A DNA stretch of 22,824 nucleotides from Eledone cirrhosa (taxonomy: Eukaryota), in assembly GCA_964016885.1 (NCBI GenBank), contig CAXHJY010001291.1, positions 1-22,824 of the forward strand, given 5' to 3'. Both the position numbers and the translations under genes were made by a program. A model generated the notes under the pieces. The model ran no database searches, was not told the DNA's origin, and saw only the letters and a program-made list of their open reading frames with translations. This document shows positions 1 to 13,644 of the stretch, piece by piece. Each line of letters opens with the position of its first letter. Position 1 is the stretch's first letter.

Positions 1-45
1 TTGAACAGGGACAGAACAGAGAGGCAGTACGACAAATGTTTATTA
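1..45 (-). repeat. Fragment of the 3'-terminal repeat seen at 6118-6247 (inverted copy)
   Basis: The reverse complement of 1-45 (taataaacatttgtcgtactgcctctctgttctgtccctgttcaa) matches 6193-6237 with about 2 mismatches. It lies next to (TA)n. Confidence 0.8.
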
Positions 46-61
46 GCTTCACGTATATATG

Positions 62-117
<56 letters not shown>

Positions 118-531
118 AAAGAATAGAGGTGTAACACACAAGCTATGATATATTGGTAAACGGAAAAGAAAATGCTGACAAATTGTTCACAGTGAAAAAT
201 AGTTTAATTAGAAATAAGTGATAATTAGTAATAGTATTGGTTAGTATTCAGTTTTGGTTTTAAGTTTTACCGGTTGCGCATTTCTAAATCCTTTTCAAAA
301 ATAATTTTGAGATAGAGCGTCCGTGATGTTTGCTCTGATCTGATTAGTTTTGGGAATTCTACGTGTATTTATGTTAAAAAAATGGCTCCAGCGCTATTAA
401 AATTATTTTTTGCGCCAATTCGTGTTGCAAAAATTCTTGTGGTCAAAACAATTTTGATTGGTCGCTAGAGGTCATGTGAATGTAAAAAATTGATTTTGCG
501 CCAAGACTGAGAAATGACTCTTTCACAACAA

Positions 532-575
<44 letters not shown>

Positions 576-1164
576 TAGTAGTAAAGTGTTCGTTGTTGTG
601 ATAATAGTTAGCAGGGATGTGTGTGCGAACCGCAGCCTGTTGACAGTTCAAATGCCTATTAAGACAAGTGTGTGTGTGTGTGTGTGTGTGTAGCAGAGTA
701 ATTCGTGGTGAGAGGGATGGTCAGTAGGAATGTGTCTGTAAGTAAGTGAGGGATATTTTAACATGTTAAAAGATATTTTTCAGCTCTTGTCTTATACGGA
801 GAAGTGTGCGTGTATATAAGTCTCTTTGTATGTTAATGTACGAGTGTGTATGTGTGTGTGTATATACGTGTGCGGTGGGGGGGACCAGTACTTTTTTCCT
901 GGTAAAATGGTGTACATTATTCGATATTTTCAGTAAAATCGATTCTCTCAATAGAACATCAAAAACCTTAACAATAAAAGGTGTGAAATGATATTCACTA
1001 TTTATATATACATACATATATTCACTATATATATATATATATTTTTTTTTTTTGTCTTGCACCATAGAACATGTGTGTTTACGTATGGCATTGTGTTTAT
1101 ATGTGGGTAGAGATGTGTGCTGATGTAGGTATGTATGTTGACGTCTGTATGTAGTGGGTTCGTC

Positions 1165-2030
1165 TTAGGGAGAAGTGTTTAGACGGGGTCCGTATTTGTT
1201 AATAAATTAAGATTCCTTGCTGATGCGATTGGTGTGGGTGGCATTATCTTTAAATTTGTAGAGGGGAAAGATTCTGAAGTTGGGATGATTTGGGGCGGCA
1301 CAGGTATCAATATGTTCACTCAGTGGTATTTTCCTGTATTCCCGTATTTTAATTTGGGATCTATGGACAGTCATGCGTTGGCGGAGGCTGTTTTTGGTCT
1401 GGCCTATGTATTGTCCTCGATAACCTGAGCAAGTTAATACATATATTAGATTTTCCGATGCACATGCGAAATTGTGTTTTACTATAAAACGTTGTCCTTC
1501 TTTGAAATAGAATTCCGAACCCTCTATTAGGTTGATGCAAATGCCACAGTTGGGTCTATCGCATTTTTTTTACTGTGGGTTTCGTTATTGTGGTTGGCAG
1601 TACTTTGGCATGTGTTAGGATGTTTTTCATTGACTAAAGATTGTCTTTTGCTCTTTATGATATCGTGTGTTCGTAGGATTTGGTTCATTCTATGGTCCTT
1701 TTTCAACACAGGGATGTTCTGGAGGATGGTGTCAAAGTCCTCATTGTTGAGGGGGTTGTGTGTGGAGATGTATGGAAGAGCTTTTAGTTCCGGTTGATTT
1801 ACTTTAGGGTGTCTAAGTTCCTGGGTACTGAGTTTTAGGGCACGTTGGATTCCATTGTCAATTAGTGATGCAGGGTAGTCCCTGCCTATGAGTGTGTCCT
1901 TTAGTTCTTGTAGACGTAAGTAGCAGGTGTTTTTATTGCAGACTATAGTACAGATTCTCTTGGCTAAGTTGTAGGGAATATTGATTTTAACGTGTCTAGG
2001 GTGGCAAGAGTTGAAAGGAAGATACTGGTC
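1165..2030 (-). pseudogene. PLE RT C-terminal region plus GIY-YIG endonuclease pseudogene
   Basis: Manual translation: DQYLPFNSCHPRHVKINIPYNLAKRICTIV (RT thumb)...IIKSKRQ, frameshift near 1635-1640, SMKNILTHAK...TVKK, frameshift in the T-run 1564-1571, then CDRPNCGIC (Neptune-type Cys linker)...CASENLIYVLTCSGYRGQYIGQTKNSLRQRMTVHR...SEH...KES*FINKYGPRLNTSP*. Premature stop at 1207-1209; final stop at 1165-1167. Confidence 0.9.
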
Positions 2031-2760
2031 CACCCCACACACACACACATATATACACACACACATACACACGCGTACATTAACATACAAAGAGACTTAT
2101 ACACACACACACACACACTTCACCGTATAAGACAAGAGCTGAAAAATATCTTTTTACATGTTAAAATATCACCAACTCCCTTACAGACACATTCCTACTG
2201 ACCATCCCTCTACCACGAATTACTCTGCTACACACACACACACACACACACACTTCTCCTTATAAGGCAAGAGCTGAAAAATATCTTTTGACATGTTAAA
2301 ATATCCCCCACTCCCTTACAGACACATTCCTACTGACCATCCCTCTACCACGAATTACTCTGCTATACACACACACACACATACACACACACACTCACAC
2401 ACACACACACACACCAACTTGTCTTAATAGGCATTTGAACTGTCAACAGGCTGCGGTTCGCACACACATCCCTGCTAACTATTATCACAACAACGAACAC
2501 TTTACTACTACTACACACACACACACATATTTGTTGTGAAAGAGTCATTTCTCAGTCTTGGCGCAAAATCAATTTTTTACATTCACATGACCTCTACCGA
2601 CCAATCAAAATTGTTTTGACCACAAGAATTTTTGCAACACGAATTGGCGCAAAAAATAATTTTAATAGCGCCGGAGCCATTTTTTAAACATAAAAACAGG
2701 TAGAATTCCCAAAACTAATCAGATCAGAGCAAACATCACGGACGCTCTATCTCAAAATGA

Positions 2761-2797
2761 TCTTTGAAAAGCATTTAGAAATGCGCAACCGGTAAAA
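2761..2797 (+). ncRNA. Degenerate minimal hammerhead-like motif in the Neptune-like pLTR (second copy at 265-301, minus)
   Basis: TTGAAAA core (U3-A8), stem II GCATT-taga-AATGC, GCAA in place of GAAA, palindromic ACCGGT, then TA. Stem I is weak. Confidence 0.45.
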
Positions 2798-2906
2798 CTT
2801 AAAACCAAAACTGAATACTAACCAATACAATTACTAATTCTCATTTATTCCTAATTAAACTATTTTTCACTGTGAACAATTTGTCAGCATTTTCTATTCC
2901 GTTTAC

Positions 2907-3992
<1,086 letters not shown>

Positions 3993-4486
3993 ATTGATTT
4001 CGAATATTCCGTCCTCCATTTTGTGTATATTTACATAATTTATAGAATTACGGTTTTTAATACCCATAAGACGCGAAAATCTGATTAGATTTTCGCATTG
4101 CTAAAGCAATTTGAGGCATAATTTCCTCAGAAGAATTCCTTAACTGCAGTCAATTACTTATTTTCTCCTGCAGTCTTCCGTATATTTAACCTTTAACCCC
4201 TAAAATATCACTGGCTATATATGTGACTGTACAATGTTATTTATTGAGGCAATTAACTTAATCACTATTTACACCACAGGCAATTAATCTTTGATAAATG
4301 TCTCTAATTTCATTAAACAATGTTTTAGTCGAAGAAAAGCTTTTAGTCATTTTAATTTGTAAATATTTCCATCAAAACATTTTCTCATATCAAAAGCAAA
4401 TCGTCAAGTAAACAAATGACTCACAATATTTTGCATATGTACATATATACTTAAGTGTATGTATACATTTATAGATCTCTCTCTCA

Positions 4487-5270
<784 letters not shown>

Positions 5271-5274
<4 letters not shown>

Positions 5275-5440
5275 AACGAGTAGGACCCCGACGGCTGAGC
5301 TCAAGCCGTTTCGGCTGCTAATTCAGCTAGTTCAGCTCAGCCGTCGAGGTCCTACACGTTCCTATTACCACTCTACTACCCTAAGTATTGAGTACTTTGG
5401 TGCGATATGGTACATCTGGTTCCTTACCACATTTCCTTCG

Positions 5441-5441
<1 letters not shown>
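5271..5441 (+). mobile_element. Non-autonomous mini-insertion of the intact PLE family (inverted pLTR, partial pLTR, ~80-nt tail)
   Basis: Homologous to the reverse complement of 16997-17208. Ends at ...catttccttcgc(TA)n. Confidence 0.85.
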
Positions 5442-5495
<54 letters not shown>

Positions 5496-5496
<1 letters not shown>

Positions 5497-5673
5497 CGAA
5501 GGAAATGTGGTGAGCAACCAGGTGGACCATAACGCACCAAAGTACTCAATACTTAGGGTAGTAGAGTGGTAATAGGAACAAGTAAGACCCCGACGGCTGA
5601 GCTCATGCCGTTTCGACGGCTAATTATGTACTGAATAAATGGCTTGAGCTCAGCCGTCGGGGTCTTACTTGTT

Positions 5674-5677
<4 letters not shown>
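5496..5677 (-). mobile_element. Second mini-insertion of the same PLE family, opposite orientation
   Basis: acgaaggaaatgtgg...taggaacaagtaagaccccgacggctgagctc... matches 16997-17135. It is followed by a short inverted copy ending gttcc(TA)n. Confidence 0.88.
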
Positions 5678-5722
<45 letters not shown>

Positions 5723-6053
5723 GCACACACAAATATATAAATAAATAAATAAATATATATATATATATACACGATATATAAATAAATAAATATATGTATA
5801 TTTATATATATATATATATGTATACACACACAAGTATATATATAAATGTATATATATATATATAAAATATATGAACATATGTATACACAAATATATAAAT
5901 AAATAAATATATATATATATATACACGAATATATAAATAAATAAATATATGTATATTTTTATATATATATATATGTATACACACACAAATATATAAATAA
6001 ATGTATATATATATAACATATATGAACATATGTATACACAAATATATAAATAA

Positions 6054-6094
<41 letters not shown>

Positions 6095-6117
6095 TATATG
6101 TATATTTATATATATAT

Positions 6118-6244
6118 CACCTGAGGAAGGGCTTATGCCCGAAACGTCGTCCTCCATCTACCCCCCCCCCCCCACTCTCCTGAGCTTGAATTTAATAAAC
6201 ATTTATTGTACTGCCTCTCTGTTCTGTCCCTGTTCAAATTTTTC

Positions 6245-6247
<3 letters not shown>
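6118..6247 (+). mobile_element. PLE-type 3' terminus with hammerhead-like motif between TA tracts
   Basis: CTGAGGA-A-GGGC-ttat-GCCC-GAAA-CGTCG-TC (6121-6151), then a C-tract, AATAAA and a pyrimidine-rich tail ending in (TA)n. The stem I partner is missing. Confidence 0.6.
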
Positions 6248-6279
<32 letters not shown>

Positions 6280-6678
6280 ATACACACACAAATATATAAA
6301 TAAATGTATATATATATAAAATATAATAACATATGTATACACAAATTTATAAATATATATATACATACAGATACGCATATTTTTTATTTCATGAACATTG
6401 CTTTAATAGTTTCATTTCTTATAAATGGCAGAGAGTTATCTAAATGTAGGAATAGCGATCAGAAAATTATTTAGTAATATAATAAGAAAGAATTTTCAAA
6501 CTAAATTACATTATTGTGTTTATGTTGAATGACATTAAATCTAATATATCGACGTATAGAACAGTTAATGTTATTTTATATATATATATTTTAACAAACA
6601 CACACACTCACACACATACGCACACACACACACTCACACACATACGCACACACACACACACACACATACATTATTAAT

Positions 6679-6856
6679 TGTTTCTACTTTAGGCCAAGGC
6701 CAGCAATTACCCAGTGCATTACTGGTACTTTATTTTATCGACCCCGTAAGGATGAAAGGCAAAGTCAACCTCGGCAGGATTTGAACTCAGATCGTAAAGG
6801 GACGTAACTATGCTGGAAAGCATGGCGTCCGACCCTCTACCGATACTGCCAATTCC
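6679..6856 (-). mobile_element. tRNA-derived SINE (octopus-type, Deu/Nin-like central domain) with 16-bp target-site duplication (TSD)
   Basis: A box TGGCAGTATCGG, B box GTTCAAATCC, body gactttgcctttcatccttacggggtcgataaaataaagtaccag. TSD CACATACATTATTAAT at 6663-6678 and 6857-6872. Confidence 0.9.
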
Positions 6857-6884
6857 CACATACATTATTAATACTATTAATTAA

Positions 6885-7078
6885 GGGTGGTGGATTGGCA
6901 GAATCGGTAGAGAGTCGGACGCCTTGCTTTGCAGCAAAGAGTTACGGCCCTTTATGGTCTGAGTTCAAATCCTGCCGATGTTAACTTTGCCTTTCATTCT
7001 TACGGGGTCGATGAAATAAAGTACCAGTAATACACTGGGATAATTCCTGACCTTGTGCCAAGAGTAGAAACAATTATT
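6885..7078 (+). mobile_element. tRNA-derived SINE, same family
   Basis: TGGCAGAATCGG A box, GTTCAAATCC B box, same body, ends tagaaacaattatt. Confidence 0.9.
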
Positions 7079-7381
7079 CACTACGGTTACCTCGGATGGA
7101 CTCGGGGGGTAACTACAGTAAGTAAGGTAAGTAGGATACATAGCAGAATATTTAATATAGAAATGGCTTTTACATGACTAGATCTCTTTCATCTCCCGAA
7201 TGAAATACGTATTTCCATGTAGAAGCCATTTATATATATATATATATATATTCACAAGAATATCTGTTTTGTTAATATTTGGAATTTATATTAATGACTC
7301 TGGAAAATATTTTACTGTAGAGGGCTTCCAATCTATTGTAAAACTCATTATTTACTGTACTCATTGAATCTTGTGTAACTC

Positions 7382-7434
<53 letters not shown>

Positions 7435-8093
7435 TGCAAGTCTGTAGAACTATTAGATAAAGTGTATACAGTATTTCCTCTCCTAATCAGTATAAATCAC
7501 CACATACAAAATCATTTAAACGAGGCTATAAAATGTACTTATGGAGAAATAATAGACAAATGATACAGATTATCTTCCATGATGTACAGCCATATGACAT
7601 TTATATAATTATTTCTTTTAGCCTGTAGAAATTGACTATATTTATCCTTATCGAGCACTCTTTGGATTTTAGGCTTTACATTTATTATTATTATTACTAT
7701 ATATATGTATATATATATATATTTGTTATTGAATCAGTCGCAGATAGAAAAATCAACCAGCTAGCGACAAGTAAATAAACAGGTAAAAAATATAAATTAA
7801 AAACACACAAACACTCGGATGTAAGGCATGGACAGAACAAATGAGAGACACAGAAAATAAAAACCTAGTCACCGAGGAGGTCACATAATGTGTAACGAAA
7901 GAGCTTTGACAATGTATAAACAACCTTCCGGTAATCGAACCAATCAGAATATTGCACTTAATTGAAGAAAAACAGTGGTGCGTGTCTTTTTATTGGCAAC
8001 ATGACCCTCCCAAAGTATAACAATATATATATATATATATATATATACGATATTAACAAATGGAAACTATATTTATAAAACCATATTTATTTT

Positions 8094-8148
8094 ATTATAC
8101 ATATTTCAAGGACACCACGTTAAATTGTGGTATGCTTTCATCAGACAA
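8094..8148 (-). ncRNA. Hammerhead-like motif (CUGAUGA core) in a dispersed PLE-type terminus
   Basis: Minus strand: ttgt-CTGATGA-aagcataccac-aatttaac-gtggtgtcctt-GAAA-tatgt-ataa. Stem II is 11 bp with one mismatch; the cleavage-site register is non-canonical. Related pieces occur at 11203-11229 (+) and 11320-11370. Confidence 0.55.
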
Positions 8149-8320
8149 AATACAATATATATCAGTTTTATAAATAAATATTGACATACCCTTTAAAAAT
8201 GCAACCATTACTGTTGGAAGCTCCAGGATAGTCCATGTTTACTCCAAATACTTGTTGAGTGCTTTATATCAGTTATAAAAATATTTGCTTGTTGTATCCC
8301 AACAATTTAAATAGAACTTT

Positions 8321-8355
<35 letters not shown>

Positions 8356-8363
<8 letters not shown>

Positions 8364-9059
8364 TAAAATAACAGATTAAAGATTAAGCAAAGAATCGCTG
8401 CTTTCACCCTTAACGGGATCTTCTAGTATTTTCGCGTATGCTTGTGTATGTATATGGTTGCGTGTATGTATTTATTTAATTTGTGTTACCTCTGTATTTT
8501 ATTTACTTTATTCTTAACTCTGAAGCCGAGAATCATTCGGTTTCCTAGTTAGAATTTTAGTCTACGACTTCAGTTATACCATTTACGTGGGTTTGTCTTT
8601 GCGTGCAATTGTTCTCCCCGCTCCACATATGACGTATTATCTTCGTTTTTTTCGTTCATTGCCAGAGAACGTCTCTATGAACCACCTAAGAGAATATTAG
8701 TCTATGACTTCTTTTATACCATAAACGTGGTTCTGTCTTTGCGTGTAATTGTTTTTCACCGATCCTATTAATGACGTATTATATTCGTTTTTTCCCGTTC
8801 TTTGCCAGCGAACGTCTCCACAAACCAAAGTATCGTCTTCCTGTCTTCTTCCGGTTGCAACGTTATTTGAAATATTCACTTCTGCGTTCACAGATTGACT
8901 TTGTTAGTTTCAGAAGATCCCGTTAAGGGTGAAAGCAGCGGTTCTTTGCTTAAACTTTAATCTCTATATTTTAATAAATATTTGCTCTACGGTTCTTTGA
9001 TATATATCTATCCTTATCGAGCCCTCTTTGGATTTTAGCCTTACAATTTTTATTATTAC

Positions 9060-9060
<1 letters not shown>
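8356..9060 (+). mobile_element. Non-coding dispersed repeat with ~70-bp inverted 5' copy of its sub-terminal region (PLE-like architecture)
   Basis: 8356-8424 is the reverse complement of 8912-8981. 8427-9060 recurs at about 10177-10810. Internal ~140-bp tandem duplication. Flanked by (TA)n. The tail alone recurs at 7637-7700. Confidence 0.75.
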
Positions 9061-9107
<47 letters not shown>

Positions 9108-9602
9108 AGTTTATTGAATCATTCATATAGGCGAAACATTTCTTATATTATTTTGGTTCTCATTGTTATTCTTTTCCAATATACATACACACACGTACAT
9201 ACCTTTCACATACACGGACACACATACAAATTACACAATTATCAAAGTTATGTTCAGATCATTTTATTGGTGACAATCGTTTCTTACAAACTTTTGTTTG
9301 TATTCATCGGAACATTAGCAATGTTTGTACATATAATTAACCTCCTATTCAACTGAACAATCATATAGATACATATATATTGATGTTGTGAACAACAGTT
9401 TCGTATTTACAGACACACATATATAAATTTATATATTAAGAGAGTGTGAGAGAGAGAGAGACAAGCAGGCGTACAAACAGATAGTCAGAAACATTATCAT
9501 GATGGCTTCTCGAGCATGGCTATCACTGACATCTTAACCCAATGATGATTGTACCTACCCACTTGAAATCGACAACGATATTTGAAGCTGGTGAAGCCGT
9601 GT

Positions 9603-9736
<134 letters not shown>

Positions 9737-10176
9737 GTAAATGAAAAATCAGTGGTGCATCGGAACTCAATGTTTTGTGTATTACAATTGTTTCCCCGGC
9801 TAACAGCTCGAGGTGCGATCCATGTGTGGATCTACCTGACTCTAGTCCCGCAGGTTCCTGGGACACGTCTATTGATTTCGGATCATATTCTTTTTCATAT
9901 ATAAAAGATACAGAAGCGAAAACCAATCCAAATCAAACAGTGAGTGTGTTCTATTATTAATTTCTATTAATATTATAACAATATGACCATCCACAAATAT
10001 AACAATATGTCAATTCCGTCTCCGAACATATGTGTATTTACATGTAGGTATGTGTCTGCGTTTGTTATATACGTATTTATTTATTTATATACGTTTATTT
10101 AATTATTTGTATACACGCACACTCACACACACACACATATTTATATGTGCGTGTATTTGTATACCTATGGTGAGTG

Positions 10177-10810
10177 TTTTCGCGTATGCTTGTGTATGTA
10201 CGTATATGGATGCGTGTATGTATTTATTTAATTTCAATTACCTCTGTATTTTATTTACTTTATTCTTAACTCTGAAGCCGAGAATCATTCGGTTTCCTAG
10301 TTAGAATTTTAGTCTACGACTTCAGTTATACCGTTTACGTGGTTTTGTTTTTGCGTGCCATTGTTCTCCACGGTCCACATATGACATATTTTCTTCGTTT
10401 TTGTTCGTTCATTGCCAGAGAACGTCTCTATGAACCACCTAAGAGAATATTACTCTACGACTTCTTTTATACCATAAACGTGGTTTTGTCTTTGTGTGTA
10501 ATTGTTTTTCACCGCTCCAAATAATGACATATTATATTCGTGTTTTCCCGTTCTTTGCCAGGGAACGTTTCCACGAACCAAAGTATCGTCTTCCTGTCTT
10601 CCTCCGGCTGAAATACTCACTTCTGCGTTCACAGATTGACTTTGTTAGTTATAGAAGATCCTGTTAAGGGTGGAAGCAGCGATTCTTTGCTTAAACTTTA
10701 ATCTGTTATTTTAATAAATATTTGCTCTACGGCTCTTATATATTTGATATATATTTATTCTTATCGAGCCCTCTTTGGATTTTAGTCTTCAAATTTATTA
10801 TTATTACTAT
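10177..10810 (+). mobile_element. Second copy of the 8427-9060 repeat
   Basis: Colinear high similarity, e.g. ctgaagccgagaatcattcggtttcctagttagaattttagtctacgacttcagttatacc in both copies. Confidence 0.85.
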
Positions 10811-11372
10811 ATATAGATATATTGTTATATATATATATACTGTTATATTTTTTTTGGGGGGGGGTCATATTGTTATAATATTAATAGAAATTAATAATAG
10901 AACACACTCACTGTTTGGTTTGTTTGGTTTTCGCTTCTGTATTTTTTATATCTCCATAGTTAATTTATTTGGCAATCTGTGTTTATCATTGATTGACCAA
11001 TGGTTATAAATTCTGATATAAATATATAGTCTATAGTCTATAAAAGTTCTTTCGTTGCACATCAGTAACATCATCAGTGGTACTTTTATGTTTCCTCCTG
11101 TTGTATTGTATGTAAATATATATATATATATATACACTATCCAGGAAAACTTGAACCGTTAAGATCTCCTTCCTGGATATGTCAATATTTATGAAACAAA
11201 CTTTGTATTTTATCTGATGAAAGCGTACCAAAATGTTGGTAATTCAACAAATATATATGTTTATAACTGATTCGAAGCACTCGACTGGTTTCTGGAGTAT
11301 ATTATCAATGGTATTAAATGAATGGAACTATATTTAGAAAACCATATTTATTCTATTATACATATTTCAAAT

Positions 11373-11490
11373 AAGTTCGCATCCCGCCGAGGTTAACTTT
11401 GCCTTTCATCCTTACGAGATCGATAAAATAAAGTACCAGTAATGTACTAGGTAATTGCTGGCATTGTGCCAAAAGTAGAAACAATTATAT
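11373..11490 (+). mobile_element. 5'-truncated copy of the tRNA-SINE
   Basis: Starts at a decayed B box; body and 3' end (tagaaacaattat) match the family. Confidence 0.85.
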
Positions 11491-11519
11491 TATATCATAT
11501 ACGTAGGAACTATTCAGCG

Positions 11520-11860
11520 AACCCTTGTAATTAAAGTGACGCTGTAGAACATGATATAGCTTCCGTCTGCTTCGACGATGCACATACAGTCCTTCTGACT
11601 TGTGAATGAACGTGTAATACGTTGAGTATTCCGTAGACAAGAGTACTTTTAAGATAATTCTCAAGTAGGATCAGTAAGACCACTTCTGTGACAAAATTGC
11701 TTCATTGATTTACAGGCACACTTCATCCGATGAGCTTCCACACCGTTTCGGTCAGATCAATTTCATTCTTCGTGTCTGGGTTGACCTAAAGTTAAGGTAA
11801 ATACACCCAGAGGGAACGACCCAAGATCCTCCTGATTGCGATAGGAAAGGAGCTTTTGAA
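11520..11860 (-). mobile_element. Old degenerate SINE-like repeat of a different family
   Basis: Resembles, from recall, a common octopus SINE (gttgagtattcc..., tgtgacaa..., gcttccacac.gtttc.gtc). It cannot be verified within the window. Confidence 0.35.
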
Positions 11861-12114
11861 GCCCTTATCTTTGACTGCCTTCACGATTATCAACATATTG
11901 TAAAACGTAAAGAAATATGTATTTTCCAAAACATAAACAGATGTTTCGAGTATTTACGTCTAATTAAATAAAATATTGCCTACAGAACCAAAGAAAAGAG
12001 GTGGAGTTTCTGACAGGAAGGCGAGAATTCTTACTTTGTCGAATAGAAGAAAGGAATGTTTTACACAAACAAACCTACACGCAATCACATACTTGCATTT
12101 ATATCTCTGTATGT

Positions 12115-13320
12115 ACACATGCATTTGGCGGTGTGTATGTGTACATGCATTTGGCGGTGTGTATATACACATGCATTTGACGATGTGTATGTATATATTA
12201 CATTTGACGATGTATATGTACACTGCATTTGGCGATGTATATGTACACATACATTTGGCGATGTATATGTACACATACATTTGACGATGTGTATGTATAT
12301 ATACATTGACGATGTATATATATACACATACATTTGACGATGGGTATGTATATATACATTGACGATGTATATATACACATGCATTTGACGATGTGTATGT
12401 ACACAAGCATTTGACGATGTGTATATACACATACATTTGACGATGTGTATGTACACATGCATTTTTTTCGATGTGTATGTATATATACATTTGACGATGT
12501 GTATGTATATATACATTTGACGATGTGTATGTATATATACATTTGGCGATGTGTATGTATATATACATTTGGCGATGTGTATGTATATATAGAAATGACG
12601 ATGTGTATGTACACATGCATTTAGCGTTGTGTATATACACATGCATTTGACTATGTGTATGTATACATGCATTTTTTTCGATGTGTGTGTATATATAGAA
12701 ATGACGATGTGTATGTATATATAGAAATGACGATGTGTATGTATATATAGAAATGACGATGTGTATGTATATATAGAAATGACGATGTGTATGTATATAT
12801 ATACATTTGACGATGTGTATGTATATATACATTTGGCGATGTGTATGTACACATGCATTTGGCGATGTGTATGTACACATGCATTTGGCAGTGTGTATAT
12901 ACACATGCATTTGACGATGTGTATATACACATACATTTGACGATGTATATGTACACATGCATTTGGCGATGTATATGTATATATACATGGACGATGTATA
13001 TATACACATGCATTTGACGATGTGTATGTACACATACATTTCACGATGTGTATATACACATACATTTGACGATGTGTATATACACATGCATTTGACGATG
13101 TGTATGTATATATGCATTTGACGATGTGTATGTATATATGCATTTGACGATGTGTATGTACACATGCATTTGGCGGTGTGTATATACACATGCATTTGAC
13201 GATGTGTATGTATATATGCATTTGACGATGTGTATGTATATATACATTTGACGATGTGTATGTATATATACATTTGAGGATGTGTATATACACATACATT
13301 TGGCGATGTGTATGTATATA
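12115..13320. repeat. 26-bp minisatellite, about 46 units
   Basis: Unit CATTTG(A/G)CGATGTGTATGTA(TATATA/CACATG), with clustered variants such as GAAATGACGATG. Confidence 0.95.
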
Positions 13321-13462
13321 AATTAGACAAAGTTGACTGAGAGAATGTCAAATATTCATTATGGGCAGGATCTGAGGAAATGCAGTTTTACACGCCCCGT
13401 GTCTCTTCAAGATATATTTTCCTTTTATCTTCTCTTATTGCTATGGTATACCCCCCCCTCTT

Positions 13463-13534
<72 letters not shown>

Positions 13535-13550
13535 TATAGGAACCAGTAAG

Positions 13551-13644
13551 ACCCCGACAGCTGAGCTCAAGCCGTTTCGACGGCTAATTCTGGACTAAAT
13601 GAAAATTTATCCTGGTATTTAAATAGCCGATCTTCTCAAGGGGT
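13551..13644 (-). ncRNA. Complete type I hammerhead ribozyme, U3-A8 variant
   Basis: ACCCC-UUGAGAA-GAuCGGCUA[loop]UAGCCGUC-GAAA-CGGCU-ugagcuc-AGCUG-UC^GGGGU. All three stems pair. Predicted cleavage between 13556 and 13555. Confidence 0.85.

Noticed and set aside
2031-2090. N-terminus of the 187-aa ORF as a true start
   Set aside because: It derives from the (TG)n-rich inverted arm fused to the truncated RT.
6885-6975. tRNA gene
   Set aside because: A and B boxes are present, but they run into a repeated SINE body and no cloverleaf is evident.
11960-13351. 463-aa and 404-aa His/Cys-rich ORFs, or a CRISPR-like array
   Set aside because: Open in several frames because of the 26-bp tandem unit. 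Spacers are not unique, there are no cas genes, and the context is eukaryotic.
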